A stretch of 64,000 nucleotides of DNA, taken from NCBI GenBank assembly GCA_040386755.1, contig JAZKEY010000004.1:263137-327136 (forward strand), given 5' to 3'. Under the pieces are notes generated by a model. It was given only the letters and a program-made list of their open reading frames with translations, had not been told where the DNA came from and ran no database searches. Below are positions 28,344 to 37,070 of the stretch, piece by piece (position 1 is the first letter of the stretch; each line of letters opens with the position of its first letter). Both the position numbers and the translations under genes were made by a program. This stretch comes from Verrucomicrobiota bacterium (GTDB lineage Bacteria > Verrucomicrobiota > Verrucomicrobiia > Verrucomicrobiales > Akkermansiaceae).

Positions 28344-29468
28344 ATGCCAGACGCACTTTCACCGGCGGAGTTGCTCCGCTACTCCCGCCATTTGCTCATT
28401 CCCGCCGTCGGCGAGGCCGGGCAACTGCGGTTGAAAAACGCGTCTGTCCTGCTCATCGGCACCGGAGCACTGGGTTCGCCCGCCGCGCTCTATCTGGCCG
28501 CCGCCGGGGTCGGCAGGATCGGAATGGTCGATGCCGATGTGGTTGATGCCTCCAATCTCCAGCGGCAGATCCTCCACGGCGAGTCGTGGCTCGGGAAACC
28601 CAAACTCGAGAGTGCCGCTGCCCGGCTGCGCGAAGTCAATCCGCTGGTGAAGACCGAGTTCTATCCGGTTAGATTCACTCCGGAGAACGCCATGGAGATC
28701 GCCGCGTCCTACGACATCCTCGTCGATGGCTCGGACAATTTCCCCACGCGTTTCCTCACCAACGACACGGCGTTTTTCCAGAAGAAGCCGCTGGTCTATG
28801 GCGCGATCCACCGCTTCGAGGGCCAGGCCGGAGTCTTCGCGCCGCACCTTGGCGGACCGTGCTACCGCTGCCTGCTTCCCAACATGCCGCCGCCGGGAAG
28901 CGTCCCGTCCTGTCAGGAGGCAGGGGTGTTAGGCGTGCTGCCGGGCATCATCGGCTCATTGCAGGCGATGGAAACGCTCAAGCTGATCCTCGGTATCGGC
29001 ACCGTGCCGCTGGGGAAACTCACCTGTTATGACGCGCTCAACAGCGCGTTCCGGACCCTCAAACTAAACTGTGATCCGAAGTGCCGTCTCTGCGGCGACT
29101 CGCCGGAAATCCACGGCGTGTCCAATGCGGAAACCACCGCCTCCGCCTCCTGCGCCTTTACCTCAGAACACATGGAATCCATCACCACCCGCGAACTCCG
29201 CACCCTCCTCCAAGGAAACTACGACGGCCTGCTCATCGACGTTCGCGAGCCGGACGAATACGCAGTCACGCACATCGAAGGCTCGCGGCTGATCCCGTTG
29301 AAAACCCTGCCGGAGCAATTGGACAGCCTGCCGAAGGACCGCGAGATCCTCGTCCATTGCAAGGCCGGCGGCCGCTCGGCGAAAGCGGTCCAATTGATGT
29401 TAGACCACGGCTACACCCGCGTCAAAAACGTCACCGGCGGGATGGATGCCTGGCTTGCTGAAAATTAA
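28344..29468 (+). CDS. moeB: MoeB/MoeZ adenylyltransferase with C-terminal rhodanese domain
   Basis: RYSRH, GTGALGS, SNLQRQILH, DGSDNF, GPCYRC and CRLC, rhodanese DVREPDE...HCKAGGRS. Confidence 0.9.
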   Translation: MPDALSPAELLRYSRHLLIPAVGEAGQLRLKNASVLLIGTGALGSPAALYLAAAGVGRIGMVDADVVDASNLQRQILHGESWLGKPKLESAAARLREVNPLVKTEFYPVRFTPENAMEIAASYDILVDGSDNFPTRFLTNDTAFFQKKPLVYGAIHRFEGQAGVFAPHLGGPCYRCLLPNMPPPGSVPSCQEAGVLGVLPGIIGSLQAMETLKLILGIGTVPLGKLTCYDALNSAFRTLKLNCDPKCRLCGDSPEIHGVSNAETTASASCAFTSEHMESITTRELRTLLQGNYDGLLIDVREPDEYAVTHIEGSRLIPLKTLPEQLDSLPKDREILVHCKAGGRSAKAVQLMLDHGYTRVKNVTGGMDAWLAEN

Positions 29469-29585
29469 GGAGGGAGGGACTGTGACCCGCCAAGCCGATG
29501 TGCGGGAAAACCAAGCGCGCAGCTCTTTCTCTTTCACACTCCATCGACAGGTGGCCCGAAGTGCCACCCTCCTTACCCGCCGGCG

Positions 29586-30578
29586 TCAAACGGGACGGTG
29601 CGACAGGCTGATGGACGGTAACATTTCTTGAAGAGGGTCGTCTTTAGAAAATACCAACTCCGCGGACTCACCATCCGCAGTGATCGTGATTCCGGACGTC
29701 TCTTTGAAATGACCGATCTCGCGACAAGTGATTTTCGTCGCCGTGAAATGGCTCATCGTGCTTTCCAGATCATCCTCGGAAATGGCGAGCAGGAATCCGT
29801 AGCTGGGAAACGAGACGAGCCATTTCTCGATCTCCACATCCATCGGACATGGCAGATCCTCCAGATCCAAAACCGCGCCGACGGCTGAGCAGTGGCAAAG
29901 CATCGCTAGCGTTCCGATGATGCCGCCGTTGCTGATGTCCTTGCCCGCACGGCAAAGTCCTTTTTCCGCCAGCGAAGGCAGCATTTCCAAATCCGACCTC
30001 AACCGCTCCGGCGGGGTGATCGTGCTGGCATTCCAAAACGGTTTGTCGCCCTGATAGCCGCCGTGCATGTCGATGGCGATGACAAGCAGATCGCCCGGTT
30101 TCGCATCGAAGCTCGTGATCAACCGGTCGCCAGCATGACCGAGCACCGCCGCGCCGAGCATCGCTTTTCCTGAAACCGTCCGGGTGGTGTGGCCGCCGAC
30201 AATCGGGACGCCGTAAGCCAAGGCGGCGGCTTGCATCCCCTGCCAGATCTCAGCGGAAATTTGTTCGGTGGGCGTCCACAGGATGTCCGTGACGGCGACC
30301 GGACGTCCGCCCATCGCGGCGACATCGGATAAATTGACCATCACCGCAGAGTATCCTGCGAACCAGGGATCGTCTTCCACGAAGGATCCCAACATGCCTT
30401 CGGCGGCGAACAGCAGATGTCCACTGCCCGACGGGTTGACGATCGCCGCGCAGTCATCACCGAGCCGGACCTTGCCTGAAACTTCCAATGCATGACCGTA
30501 TGCCTGTTGAATATTGGCTTTCTCAGTCACCGCAGGGTGACTTGAGAGGTATTCCGCCAGCGAGGCAAGTTCGGTCAT
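29586..30578 (-). CDS. AIR synthase-related protein, Sll0787/NitF family
   Basis: LGDDCAAI, NLSDVAAMGGRP, GGHT, KDISNGG; position in the Nit1C cluster. Confidence 0.85.
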   Translation of the reverse strand: MTELASLAEYLSSHPAVTEKANIQQAYGHALEVSGKVRLGDDCAAIVNPSGSGHLLFAAEGMLGSFVEDDPWFAGYSAVMVNLSDVAAMGGRPVAVTDILWTPTEQISAEIWQGMQAAALAYGVPIVGGHTTRTVSGKAMLGAAVLGHAGDRLITSFDAKPGDLLVIAIDMHGGYQGDKPFWNASTITPPERLRSDLEMLPSLAEKGLCRAGKDISNGGIIGTLAMLCHCSAVGAVLDLEDLPCPMDVEIEKWLVSFPSYGFLLAISEDDLESTMSHFTATKITCREIGHFKETSGITITADGESAELVFSKDDPLQEMLPSISLSHRPV

Positions 30579-30644
30579 CGGACCTTCACTGATAGATCAA
30601 GTCATGCCAATTTTGGGAAAAAAGTGAATCACCGTGTAGTATTT

Positions 30645-31211
30645 TCAGGCGACACGAGATGAGGCGTGGTAATAGCTGAGATCAGCACGCATCCTGACGT
30701 GGGGGATCCCATGAAGACATATCTCTTCGAGCGGTTCCCAATGAAGGCGTTGGAAAAAACGGGCGTTCTGATGTTGCACCGTCGCGAGGAATTCATGACA
30801 GCCCAGTGCGTTCGCCGTGGACACAGCTTTATAGATCAATCCGGCTCCGAGAGCGCCGAGTCCGTGATAGCAAGGTTGTAGATTTCTCACCGCAACGCCC
30901 GGACTGAAGTGGCGGATCCGCCGGAAATCCATTGCCACTCCCAGGCGGGAACCATACCATAGTCCCGGATTCCGCTCGTCGATCCGCACCACGCCCGCCA
31001 CGGCATCCTCCATCCCGGCGATGAGTGTTTTGCATACGATGGGAATCATCGACTCGTCGAAGAGATCGCGATCATCTCCGGCGAAGATCCCCTGCTCCTC
31101 GCAGAAAATATCGCGGCGGACCGAGAAGAATCCATCGAGGTCCTCGGGTGATTTCGCGATCTTGAATACGAAATCATGCGGACTGTAGGTGGGGAAGCGT
31201 TCGAGGATCAT
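30645..31211 (-). CDS. GNAT acetyltransferase, MSMEG_0567/Sll0786 (NitE) family
   Basis: RRDIFCEEQGIF, WYGSRLGV, ATVQHQNARFFQRLHW; ATGA overlap with the upstream gene gives start 31211. Confidence 0.85.
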   Translation of the reverse strand: MILERFPTYSPHDFVFKIAKSPEDLDGFFSVRRDIFCEEQGIFAGDDRDLFDESMIPIVCKTLIAGMEDAVAGVVRIDERNPGLWYGSRLGVAMDFRRIRHFSPGVAVRNLQPCYHGLGALGAGLIYKAVSTANALGCHEFLATVQHQNARFFQRLHWEPLEEICLHGIPHVRMRADLSYYHASSRVA

Positions 31212-32470
31212 GATTCGCAATGGGCGGTTTGGGGAATGCTCGCTTTGATTTTCGCAGCAATGAAATCCGCATCCTCAGCGATGCCGGAAAACCGCGCGGA
31301 GCCCCAGGTGTGTTGCCAGGGCAGTCCGAGAAAGTAGAGTCCCGGCAGCTCGGTGACACCGCGATCCGTTTCCGGGAATCCGCGCATGTTGAGGACCGGC
31401 AGTTTGATGAAACTGAAATTCGGCAGGAAGCCGATGCACCAGACGATGCTGGTGATGTTCTGTTCCGCGAAGTTCAGTTCGATCGGTTCGCTTTCGGGAC
31501 TCCACACCGGGGTATAGTGAGGTTCCTCGGGAGCATCGATGCCGTTGGCGGAGATATAGTCATCAATCCGCTGGCAGATTCCGTTGTAGGACCGGTCCGC
31601 GCTGTCGAGCTTTTGGGCAAGATCCTGGCGGATGGTGAATTTTTCAAAATCGATGTTCTCGACGAAACCATAGAGTTTCACCCCTTCGAGAGCGAATTTG
31701 CGGAGGTCGATTTCATGACCGCCATCGCGACCTGTCAGATAGTGGTTGGTGCCGGAGACCGCCTTCGCCTGATCCGGATGCTCGGCGAAGGTGGTTTTAT
31801 AATACCCCATTTCCTCCAGCCAAGTGACCGCGTCCTTGCCACGATAACGGCGCGGCGATCGCGGGGCATTGCCGAGGCAGAGGTGGACCTTGCGACCTTC
31901 GAGATGGAGGTCTTCCATGATCTGCACTCCGGATTGGCCCGAACCAACGATCAGTGTCTCGCCTTCGGGAATCTGTGAGGGCCGCTTGTAATCGACCGAA
32001 TGGATCTGTTGGATCGAGTCCGGAATCCGGTCCGCTCCGGCGGGCACGAACGGCGTGTGGAATCCGCCGATGGCGACGATCACGTCATCGCAAAACCAAT
32101 TGCCCTGATTAGTGGTGACGTGGAAATAGCCTTCGCGCTTGGTGACGGAAGTGACGGTGACACCTTCCAAGATCGGAGGCTTGAATTTTTTCGCGTAGCG
32201 CTCGATGTAGTCTACGATTTCATCCTTCACCATGAAGCCTTCGGGATCGTCGCCATCGTAGTGATGGCCGGGCAGGCGGCATTGGTGGTTCGGCGTGACG
32301 AGGCAAAAGGTATCCCAGCGCTCCGACCGCCACGAGTGGCCGATGCGGTGTTTCTCAAGGATGACATGGTCATCCACACCGCGCTGCCGGAGGCAATAAC
32401 TCGCCGAAAGTCCGGCTTGTCCGCCGCCGATGATGACCACGGAAATGTATTGGGGATCGGTGAATGGCAT
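31208..32470 (-). CDS. Flavin-dependent oxidoreductase, MSMEG_0569 (NitH) family
   Basis: IGGGQAGL, ERWDTFCLVTPN, VGSGQSGVQI, GLPWQHTWGSARF. Confidence 0.88.
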   Translation of the reverse strand: MPFTDPQYISVVIIGGGQAGLSASYCLRQRGVDDHVILEKHRIGHSWRSERWDTFCLVTPNHQCRLPGHHYDGDDPEGFMVKDEIVDYIERYAKKFKPPILEGVTVTSVTKREGYFHVTTNQGNWFCDDVIVAIGGFHTPFVPAGADRIPDSIQQIHSVDYKRPSQIPEGETLIVGSGQSGVQIMEDLHLEGRKVHLCLGNAPRSPRRYRGKDAVTWLEEMGYYKTTFAEHPDQAKAVSGTNHYLTGRDGGHEIDLRKFALEGVKLYGFVENIDFEKFTIRQDLAQKLDSADRSYNGICQRIDDYISANGIDAPEEPHYTPVWSPESEPIELNFAEQNITSIVWCIGFLPNFSFIKLPVLNMRGFPETDRGVTELPGLYFLGLPWQHTWGSARFSGIAEDADFIAAKIKASIPQTAHCES

Positions 32471-32482
32471 GAGGACGGGCTT

Positions 32483-32761
32483 CTAACTGACGTGGGAAAT
32501 GATGACCGGAGCGTCCGGCGGCAAGGCCCCGGCCCATCGCTCGATGTCCGCAAGCGAGGCGGAGGCGGAGGTGCAGGAGAATCCGAATCGTTCGCGGACA
32601 CGGTCGGACGCCTCGGTGAGGGCGATCCGGGACAAGCGGATGAATTCCTCCGCCGGGAGTTGCTGGCCGGTCTTGAAATATTTTTTCACGACAGTGGACG
32701 GCGAGTAACACGGCTGGAAACTACCGTCCGGCAATTCGGCGGTGAAGGTGACTTCAGGCAT
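32483..32761 (-). CDS. MSMEG_0570 (NitG) family small protein, copy 1
   Basis: MPEVTF...CYSPSTVVKKYF...ASDRVRERFGFSCTSA. Confidence 0.85.
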   Translation of the reverse strand: MPEVTFTAELPDGSFQPCYSPSTVVKKYFKTGQQLPAEEFIRLSRIALTEASDRVRERFGFSCTSASASLADIERWAGALPPDAPVIISHVS

Positions 32762-33902
32762 TGGAACAGGAATTTTTGTTAGAACTCTCGAAAGAGGAAA
32801 GGGAGCTGCAGGCGCCGCATTTCGCGCATCCGGCTTTCACGGTATCAGAAGTCATGCCAGCTTCGGTGAGCATTGCCCCGAGCGGCGACAGGACGGCTTT
32901 CATGAATTCCGGAGTCGGCGGCGGGTGGCCGGCCAGCGGAGTGCCGGTGACGGGGACAAACGGCACGACGAAAGGATAAACGCCGAGTGAAACGAGCTGG
33001 CGGCAGCCTTCGAGCAATCCGTCCACGCTATCGCCAAGCCCGGCGAGGAGGTAGGTGCTGACTTGGCCACGGCCGAAAACTTTCACGGCAGCGGCGAAGG
33101 CTTCCATGTAATAGCTCATCGGCACCTCGGCCTTGCCCGGCATGATCCGGTGGCGGACGGTTTCGTCCCAAGCTTCCAAATGCATGCCGAGGGAATCGAC
33201 GCCGTTGGCGCGGAGTTTCACAAACCACTGGAAATCATCCGGCGGCTCGCATTGGGCTTGGATGGGTAAATTCGTGGCCTGCTTGATCGCGTAAGCGGCG
33301 GCGGCGAGCACGGCGGCCCCGCGATCCGGAGTGGGCGGGGTGCCGGTGGTCATGACGACGTTGTCGATGCCGTCGAGTCGCTTGGCGGCGGCGGCGACTT
33401 CGGCGAGCTGTGCAGGGGATTTTTCGCGGATGGTGCGGCCTGCTTTCAGCGACTCGCCGATGGCGCAGAACTGGCAGCGCGTTTCGGAATTTCCGTAGCG
33501 GATGCAGGTTTGTAAAAGCGTGGTGGCGAGCACGCGCTGCGAGTGGAGCTGGGCGATTTTCCAATAAGGGACGCCGTCCTGCGTGCTGAGTCCGTAGAAT
33601 TTCGGCTCGGGAGGAAACTGGACGGTCGCGATTTGCTCTGAGTCACGAAACAGATCGGCCTGCCCGGACGGGCTGATAGATCCGATTGAGAACGGTGATG
33701 ACGCGGCTCCCCGCGTGTGGATCGGCACCATGATCGTGGTGCCTAACACCGTGACCGCCTTGTGATCGGTCGGCCCCGCGCCGCCGCTGCGCGAGGGCGC
33801 GGTGGAAGGAGCGTCGCCGATGCGGAGCCCGGCGGATTGGAGCTCAGAGAGCAGCCATTGCTTCTTCGAGAAGAGGGCGGATGGGAAGTCGAGTGTCTGC
33901 AT
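32754..33902 (-). CDS. Radical SAM protein, MSMEG_0568 (NitD) family
   Basis: [14 protein letters not shown] cluster motif; C-terminal GCAKCGACS; overlaps the nitrilase 3' end by 59 nt so the start is uncertain. Confidence 0.88.
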   Translation of the reverse strand: MQTLDFPSALFSKKQWLLSELQSAGLRIGDAPSTAPSRSGGAGPTDHKAVTVLGTTIMVPIHTRGAASSPFSIGSISPSGQADLFRDSEQIATVQFPPEPKFYGLSTQDGVPYWKIAQLHSQRVLATTLLQTCIRYGNSETRCQFCAIGESLKAGRTIREKSPAQLAEVAAAAKRLDGIDNVVMTTGTPPTPDRGAAVLAAAAYAIKQATNLPIQAQCEPPDDFQWFVKLRANGVDSLGMHLEAWDETVRHRIMPGKAEVPMSYYMEAFAAAVKVFGRGQVSTYLLAGLGDSVDGLLEGCRQLVSLGVYPFVVPFVPVTGTPLAGHPPPTPEFMKAVLSPLGAMLTEAGMTSDTVKAGCAKCGACSSLSSFESSNKNSCSNA

Positions 33903-34830
33903 CTTGGGAGATTTCGGTGAGGGCGGGCCGCGGGGTTTTATCCACGCGGAGGTCGAAAAGGTCGGGCCGGCTGTAGTGGCCGACGGAATCCATCATGCGT
34001 TTCCGCTTGGTGATGAGGTCAAAGTCGAGATCGGCAATCGCCATGCCTTCGCCCTCGGTGACTGGTTCGCAAAGGTGCGAGCCATCCGGCGCGATGATTG
34101 CCGAGAAGCAACCGCCTCGCAGGGCTTTCTGCTTTGCCGGATCCGGCGTGATTTCCGTGATCTGCTCATCGGTGAGCCAGCCGGTGGAATTCACGACGAA
34201 ACATCCGGCCTCCAGCGCGTGATGGCGGATCGTGACTTCGATCTGATCGGCGAAAATCTGCCCGACCATCGAACCGGGAAATTGCGCGCAATGGATTTCC
34301 TCACGATCCGCCATCAGCGTGTAGCGGGCTAACGGATTGTAGTGTTCCCAACAGGCGAGCGCTCCAATCCGGCCGACGGCGGAGTCCACGGCACGCAGAC
34401 CGGAACCGTCGCCCTGGCCCCAGATCATGCGTTCGTGAAACGTCGGCGTGATTTTCCGCCGCTTCAATAACAGCTCGCCGTCCGAGTCGTAGACAAGCTG
34501 CGTGTTATAAAGCGATCCGCCGTCCAGCTCGTTCACGCCGACCACGAGCACCATGCGGTGGCTCGCGGCGGCGCGGGAGAGGCGCTGGGCCAGCGGGCCG
34601 GGAATTTCCACGGCCTCGCGATACAGTTTCTGATGAGCTTTTCCAGTGGCGAACGGCGGCTCGACAAAGGAAAAGTAGGGATAATACGGGACGAAGGTTT
34701 CCGGGAAAACGGCCAACTTCACGCCCGCGTCCGCGGCTTCGGCGATGGCCCGGACCATGCGGTCGATGGTGCCTTCCGCGCCGTTGAGGTCGGGGGCGAT
34801 CTGGATGGCCGCTGCTCGGATGGTTTTCAT
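33844..34830 (-). CDS. Nitrilase, Nit6803/NitC family
   Basis: E-K-C triad: [23 protein letters not shown]. Confidence 0.92.
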   Translation of the reverse strand: MKTIRAAAIQIAPDLNGAEGTIDRMVRAIAEAADAGVKLAVFPETFVPYYPYFSFVEPPFATGKAHQKLYREAVEIPGPLAQRLSRAAASHRMVLVVGVNELDGGSLYNTQLVYDSDGELLLKRRKITPTFHERMIWGQGDGSGLRAVDSAVGRIGALACWEHYNPLARYTLMADREEIHCAQFPGSMVGQIFADQIEVTIRHHALEAGCFVVNSTGWLTDEQITEITPDPAKQKALRGGCFSAIIAPDGSHLCEPVTEGEGMAIADLDFDLITKRKRMMDSVGHYSRPDLFDLRVDKTPRPALTEISQDADTRLPIRPLLEEAMAAL

Positions 34831-34837
34831 AATTGGA

Positions 34838-34857
34838 GCGCGGAATTCATTCCGCGC
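34838..34857. repeat. Perfect palindrome between nitB and nitC
   Basis: GCGCGGAAT-TC-ATTCCGCGC, 7 nt upstream of the nitrilase ATG. Confidence 0.7.
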
Positions 34858-34872
34858 GTTTGCTTTGATGAG

Positions 34873-35355
34873 TTAGACCGTCCACGAATCCATGATCACT
34901 GCGTTGCATTTCTTGTGCATCAGGATGCAGTCGAGCACGTCGAGCGGATTGATCGGGATGATGCCCGGCATGAAGGCTTTTTCGGTTTGGCCGTAGAGGG
35001 CCTGCGTTGAAAACCGGCAGCCATAGACTTTTCCGCCCTCTTCCATGAATTTCGCGAGCCGCTGGTTCACAAAGAGATGGCCGGGGAATGCCTCATCGCC
35101 GAGGGTTGGGAAACCGCGTTGGAAGCCCATGGTCACACCCGGCCCGTAGAGCAGGATTGAGGTTTCATAGCCCTTCCGCAGCAGGCGAGTCGCGGAGAGC
35201 GTGTTCACGATGGCGATCGATCCCTCGAAGGCCATGGTGTGGAAGGTGACGAGCGCTTTTTCGCCCGGCTCGGCCTTGTAGTCTTCGAAAACCTTCTCTT
35301 CGTAATCGACGAGCACGTCTCCGTTCTTATGCATTTCACGTTCAACTTTTGGCAT
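34873..35355 (-). CDS. MSMEG_0572/Sll0783 (NitB) family protein
   Basis: [40 protein letters not shown]. Confidence 0.88.
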   Translation of the reverse strand: MPKVEREMHKNGDVLVDYEEKVFEDYKAEPGEKALVTFHTMAFEGSIAIVNTLSATRLLRKGYETSILLYGPGVTMGFQRGFPTLGDEAFPGHLFVNQRLAKFMEEGGKVYGCRFSTQALYGQTEKAFMPGIIPINPLDVLDCILMHKKCNAVIMDSWTV

Positions 35356-35406
35356 GGTGGTGGTTGGTTAGGGAGTGGGGGTCCGACATTGGACAAGGGC
35401 GAATAA

Positions 35407-35422
35407 AGCACCGCGCGAGCCA
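35407..35422 (-). promoter_or_regulatory. Candidate sigma54 (-24/-12) promoter of the Nit1C operon
   Basis: Minus strand TGGCTCGCGCGGTGCT: GG-N10-GC spacing, 51 nt upstream of the nitB ATG. Confidence 0.5.
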
Positions 35423-35499
35423 GCCACGATTCGCGGGGTGAAATGGCAGGGCGTATTTCATGCACATCGTTGCGCACGGAATCTGCTTGGAGAAAGCCC

Positions 35500-36564
35500 A
35501 TGGACGAACGCGTCACCATGTCGGCACTGGCGAAAGCGCTCGGACTCTCGGAATCCACCATTTCGCGGGCCTTGAAGGGCGATCCACGTATCGGTAAAGA
35601 CACTCGCGAGCGCGTGGAGCAACTTGCGGAGAAACTCGGTTATCGCCCGAACCCACTTGTCAGCGCCCTCATGTCCGTCCGCAAAAAACGCGGCGGCAGC
35701 GAAGTTGGCACCGTCGCGCTGGTGACCGACTACCATGACCAAGGTGGCTGGCGGTCCAAGGACGTCTGCCGTTGGGAATACGAAGGAATCTGCCGCCGCG
35801 CCGACGAACTCGGCTACCGGGTGGAGGAATTCCCCATGAGCGACTTTGGCTACGACGGAGCGAAATTGGAAAAAGCCCTGCTCACCCGCGGCATCCGCGG
35901 TGTCTTGTTAGGATTTTCCCGCGACCGGACCGAGAGAGCCGGATTCGGCATCGGAAAATTCACCGTCGCCGGATTGAGCACGTATTTCCGCGAGGTTGCC
36001 GTGGACCGCGCGAATTTCCACGGCTTCTTCAACGTCCAGCTCGCCCTCGGTGAAATGCGCGCCGTCGGCTACCGCCGCACCGGCCTCGTCGTTCCCGAAT
36101 TCAACAACCGCATCTCCGGCTATCTCTGGTCCGGCGGAGCGCTCGATTGGCAGACCCGCCAAGCGGAATCGGACCGCTGCGTGCCCTCCATCCCCACGGC
36201 GGGCGACGAGGAAAAAGAGTTTGCGAAATGGCTCAAACGCGAGCAACCCGACTCGTTGTTGGTTTACAAATTCCCGGTCAAAAGCTGGCTCTCGAAATCC
36301 GGCCTGCGTGTGCCCGATGACATCGGCCTCGGCTATCTTTATCGCACCGAGGAGGAAATGAAAACCTGGCCCGGCATCGACGGCAACCTGCAAGCCGTCG
36401 GCGCCGCTGCCTTCGACCTGATCGTGGAAGGCCTGCACACAAATCGGTTAGGAATACCGGCCGATCCGAAGGATGTGCTCATCAAGGGCTTATGGCGCCA
36501 CCAGCCGAAGCAGGTTTCGGAAATGATCTCCGCCAAACAATCTAACTCACATGGAAAATCGTAA
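35500..36564 (+). CDS. LacI-family transcriptional regulator
   Basis: VTMSALAKALGLSESTISRAL HTH, LGYRPNPLVSALM hinge; likely start 35500. Confidence 0.9.
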   Translation: MDERVTMSALAKALGLSESTISRALKGDPRIGKDTRERVEQLAEKLGYRPNPLVSALMSVRKKRGGSEVGTVALVTDYHDQGGWRSKDVCRWEYEGICRRADELGYRVEEFPMSDFGYDGAKLEKALLTRGIRGVLLGFSRDRTERAGFGIGKFTVAGLSTYFREVAVDRANFHGFFNVQLALGEMRAVGYRRTGLVVPEFNNRISGYLWSGGALDWQTRQAESDRCVPSIPTAGDEEKEFAKWLKREQPDSLLVYKFPVKSWLSKSGLRVPDDIGLGYLYRTEEEMKTWPGIDGNLQAVGAAAFDLIVEGLHTNRLGIPADPKDVLIKGLWRHQPKQVSEMISAKQSNSHGKS

Positions 36565-36820
36565 CCGGCGTGTCCGGTGGTAAGGCTCCGGCCCAACGCT
36601 CGATGTCCGGGAGCGAGCAGTAGTCCAGACTGGACGAGTATCCGATTTTTTCTTCCACAAGATCGGATGCCGAGCTGAGGGCGATCCGTGACAGGCGGAT
36701 GAATTCTTCCGCAGTGAGTTGCTGGCCCATCTTGAAGTATTTCCTCGCGATGGGGGAAGGCGAGTAACAAGGCTGGAAACTGCCATCCGGGAGTTCGGCG
36801 GTGATTGTGATCTCAGGCAT
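36542..36820 (-). CDS. MSMEG_0570 (NitG) family small protein, diverged copy 2
   Basis: 92 aa from ATG 36820; 67/92 identical to copy 1 by hand alignment; overlaps the LacI 3' end by 23 nt. Confidence 0.75.
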   Translation of the reverse strand: MPEITITAELPDGSFQPCYSPSPIARKYFKMGQQLTAEEFIRLSRIALSSASDLVEEKIGYSSSLDYCSLPDIERWAGALPPDTPVTIFHVS

Positions 36821-36898
36821 TGGAACAGGCGGTTCGGGTTGATTGGCTGCAACAGCCAACCGGTCGTCTTCGGTGAAGACCGCACCAACTACCGGAGT

Positions 36899-36914
36899 AG
36901 CAATTGCCATGCCT
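36899..36914 (-). promoter_or_regulatory. Candidate sigma54 promoter upstream of nitG copy 2
   Basis: Minus strand AGGCATGGCAATTGCT: GG-N10-GC with TTGCT; lacks the T before GG. Confidence 0.3.
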
Positions 36915-37070
36915 TCTCGTCCCGTATTAGACGCGCGAAGGCGCGATTCATCCGTCGCGGCGGGAGTGGGAAAACAGCCCCCACCCGGAACCATTTGCAT
37001 CTCAGCATCCGGCGCGATTTCAGCTCCGCTTCAGGGATAAAAAATTCACCGAAAAAAATCACTTCAAGAG

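Noticed and set aside
35461-35476. NtrC binding site
   Set aside because: One base short of TGCAC-N7-GTGCA and only about 40 nt from the -24 element; kept only as a generic palindrome
36821-37000. N-terminal extension of nitG copy 2 (152-aa ORF)
   Set aside because: Homology to copy 1 starts exactly at ATG 36820; the extension has no protein-like features
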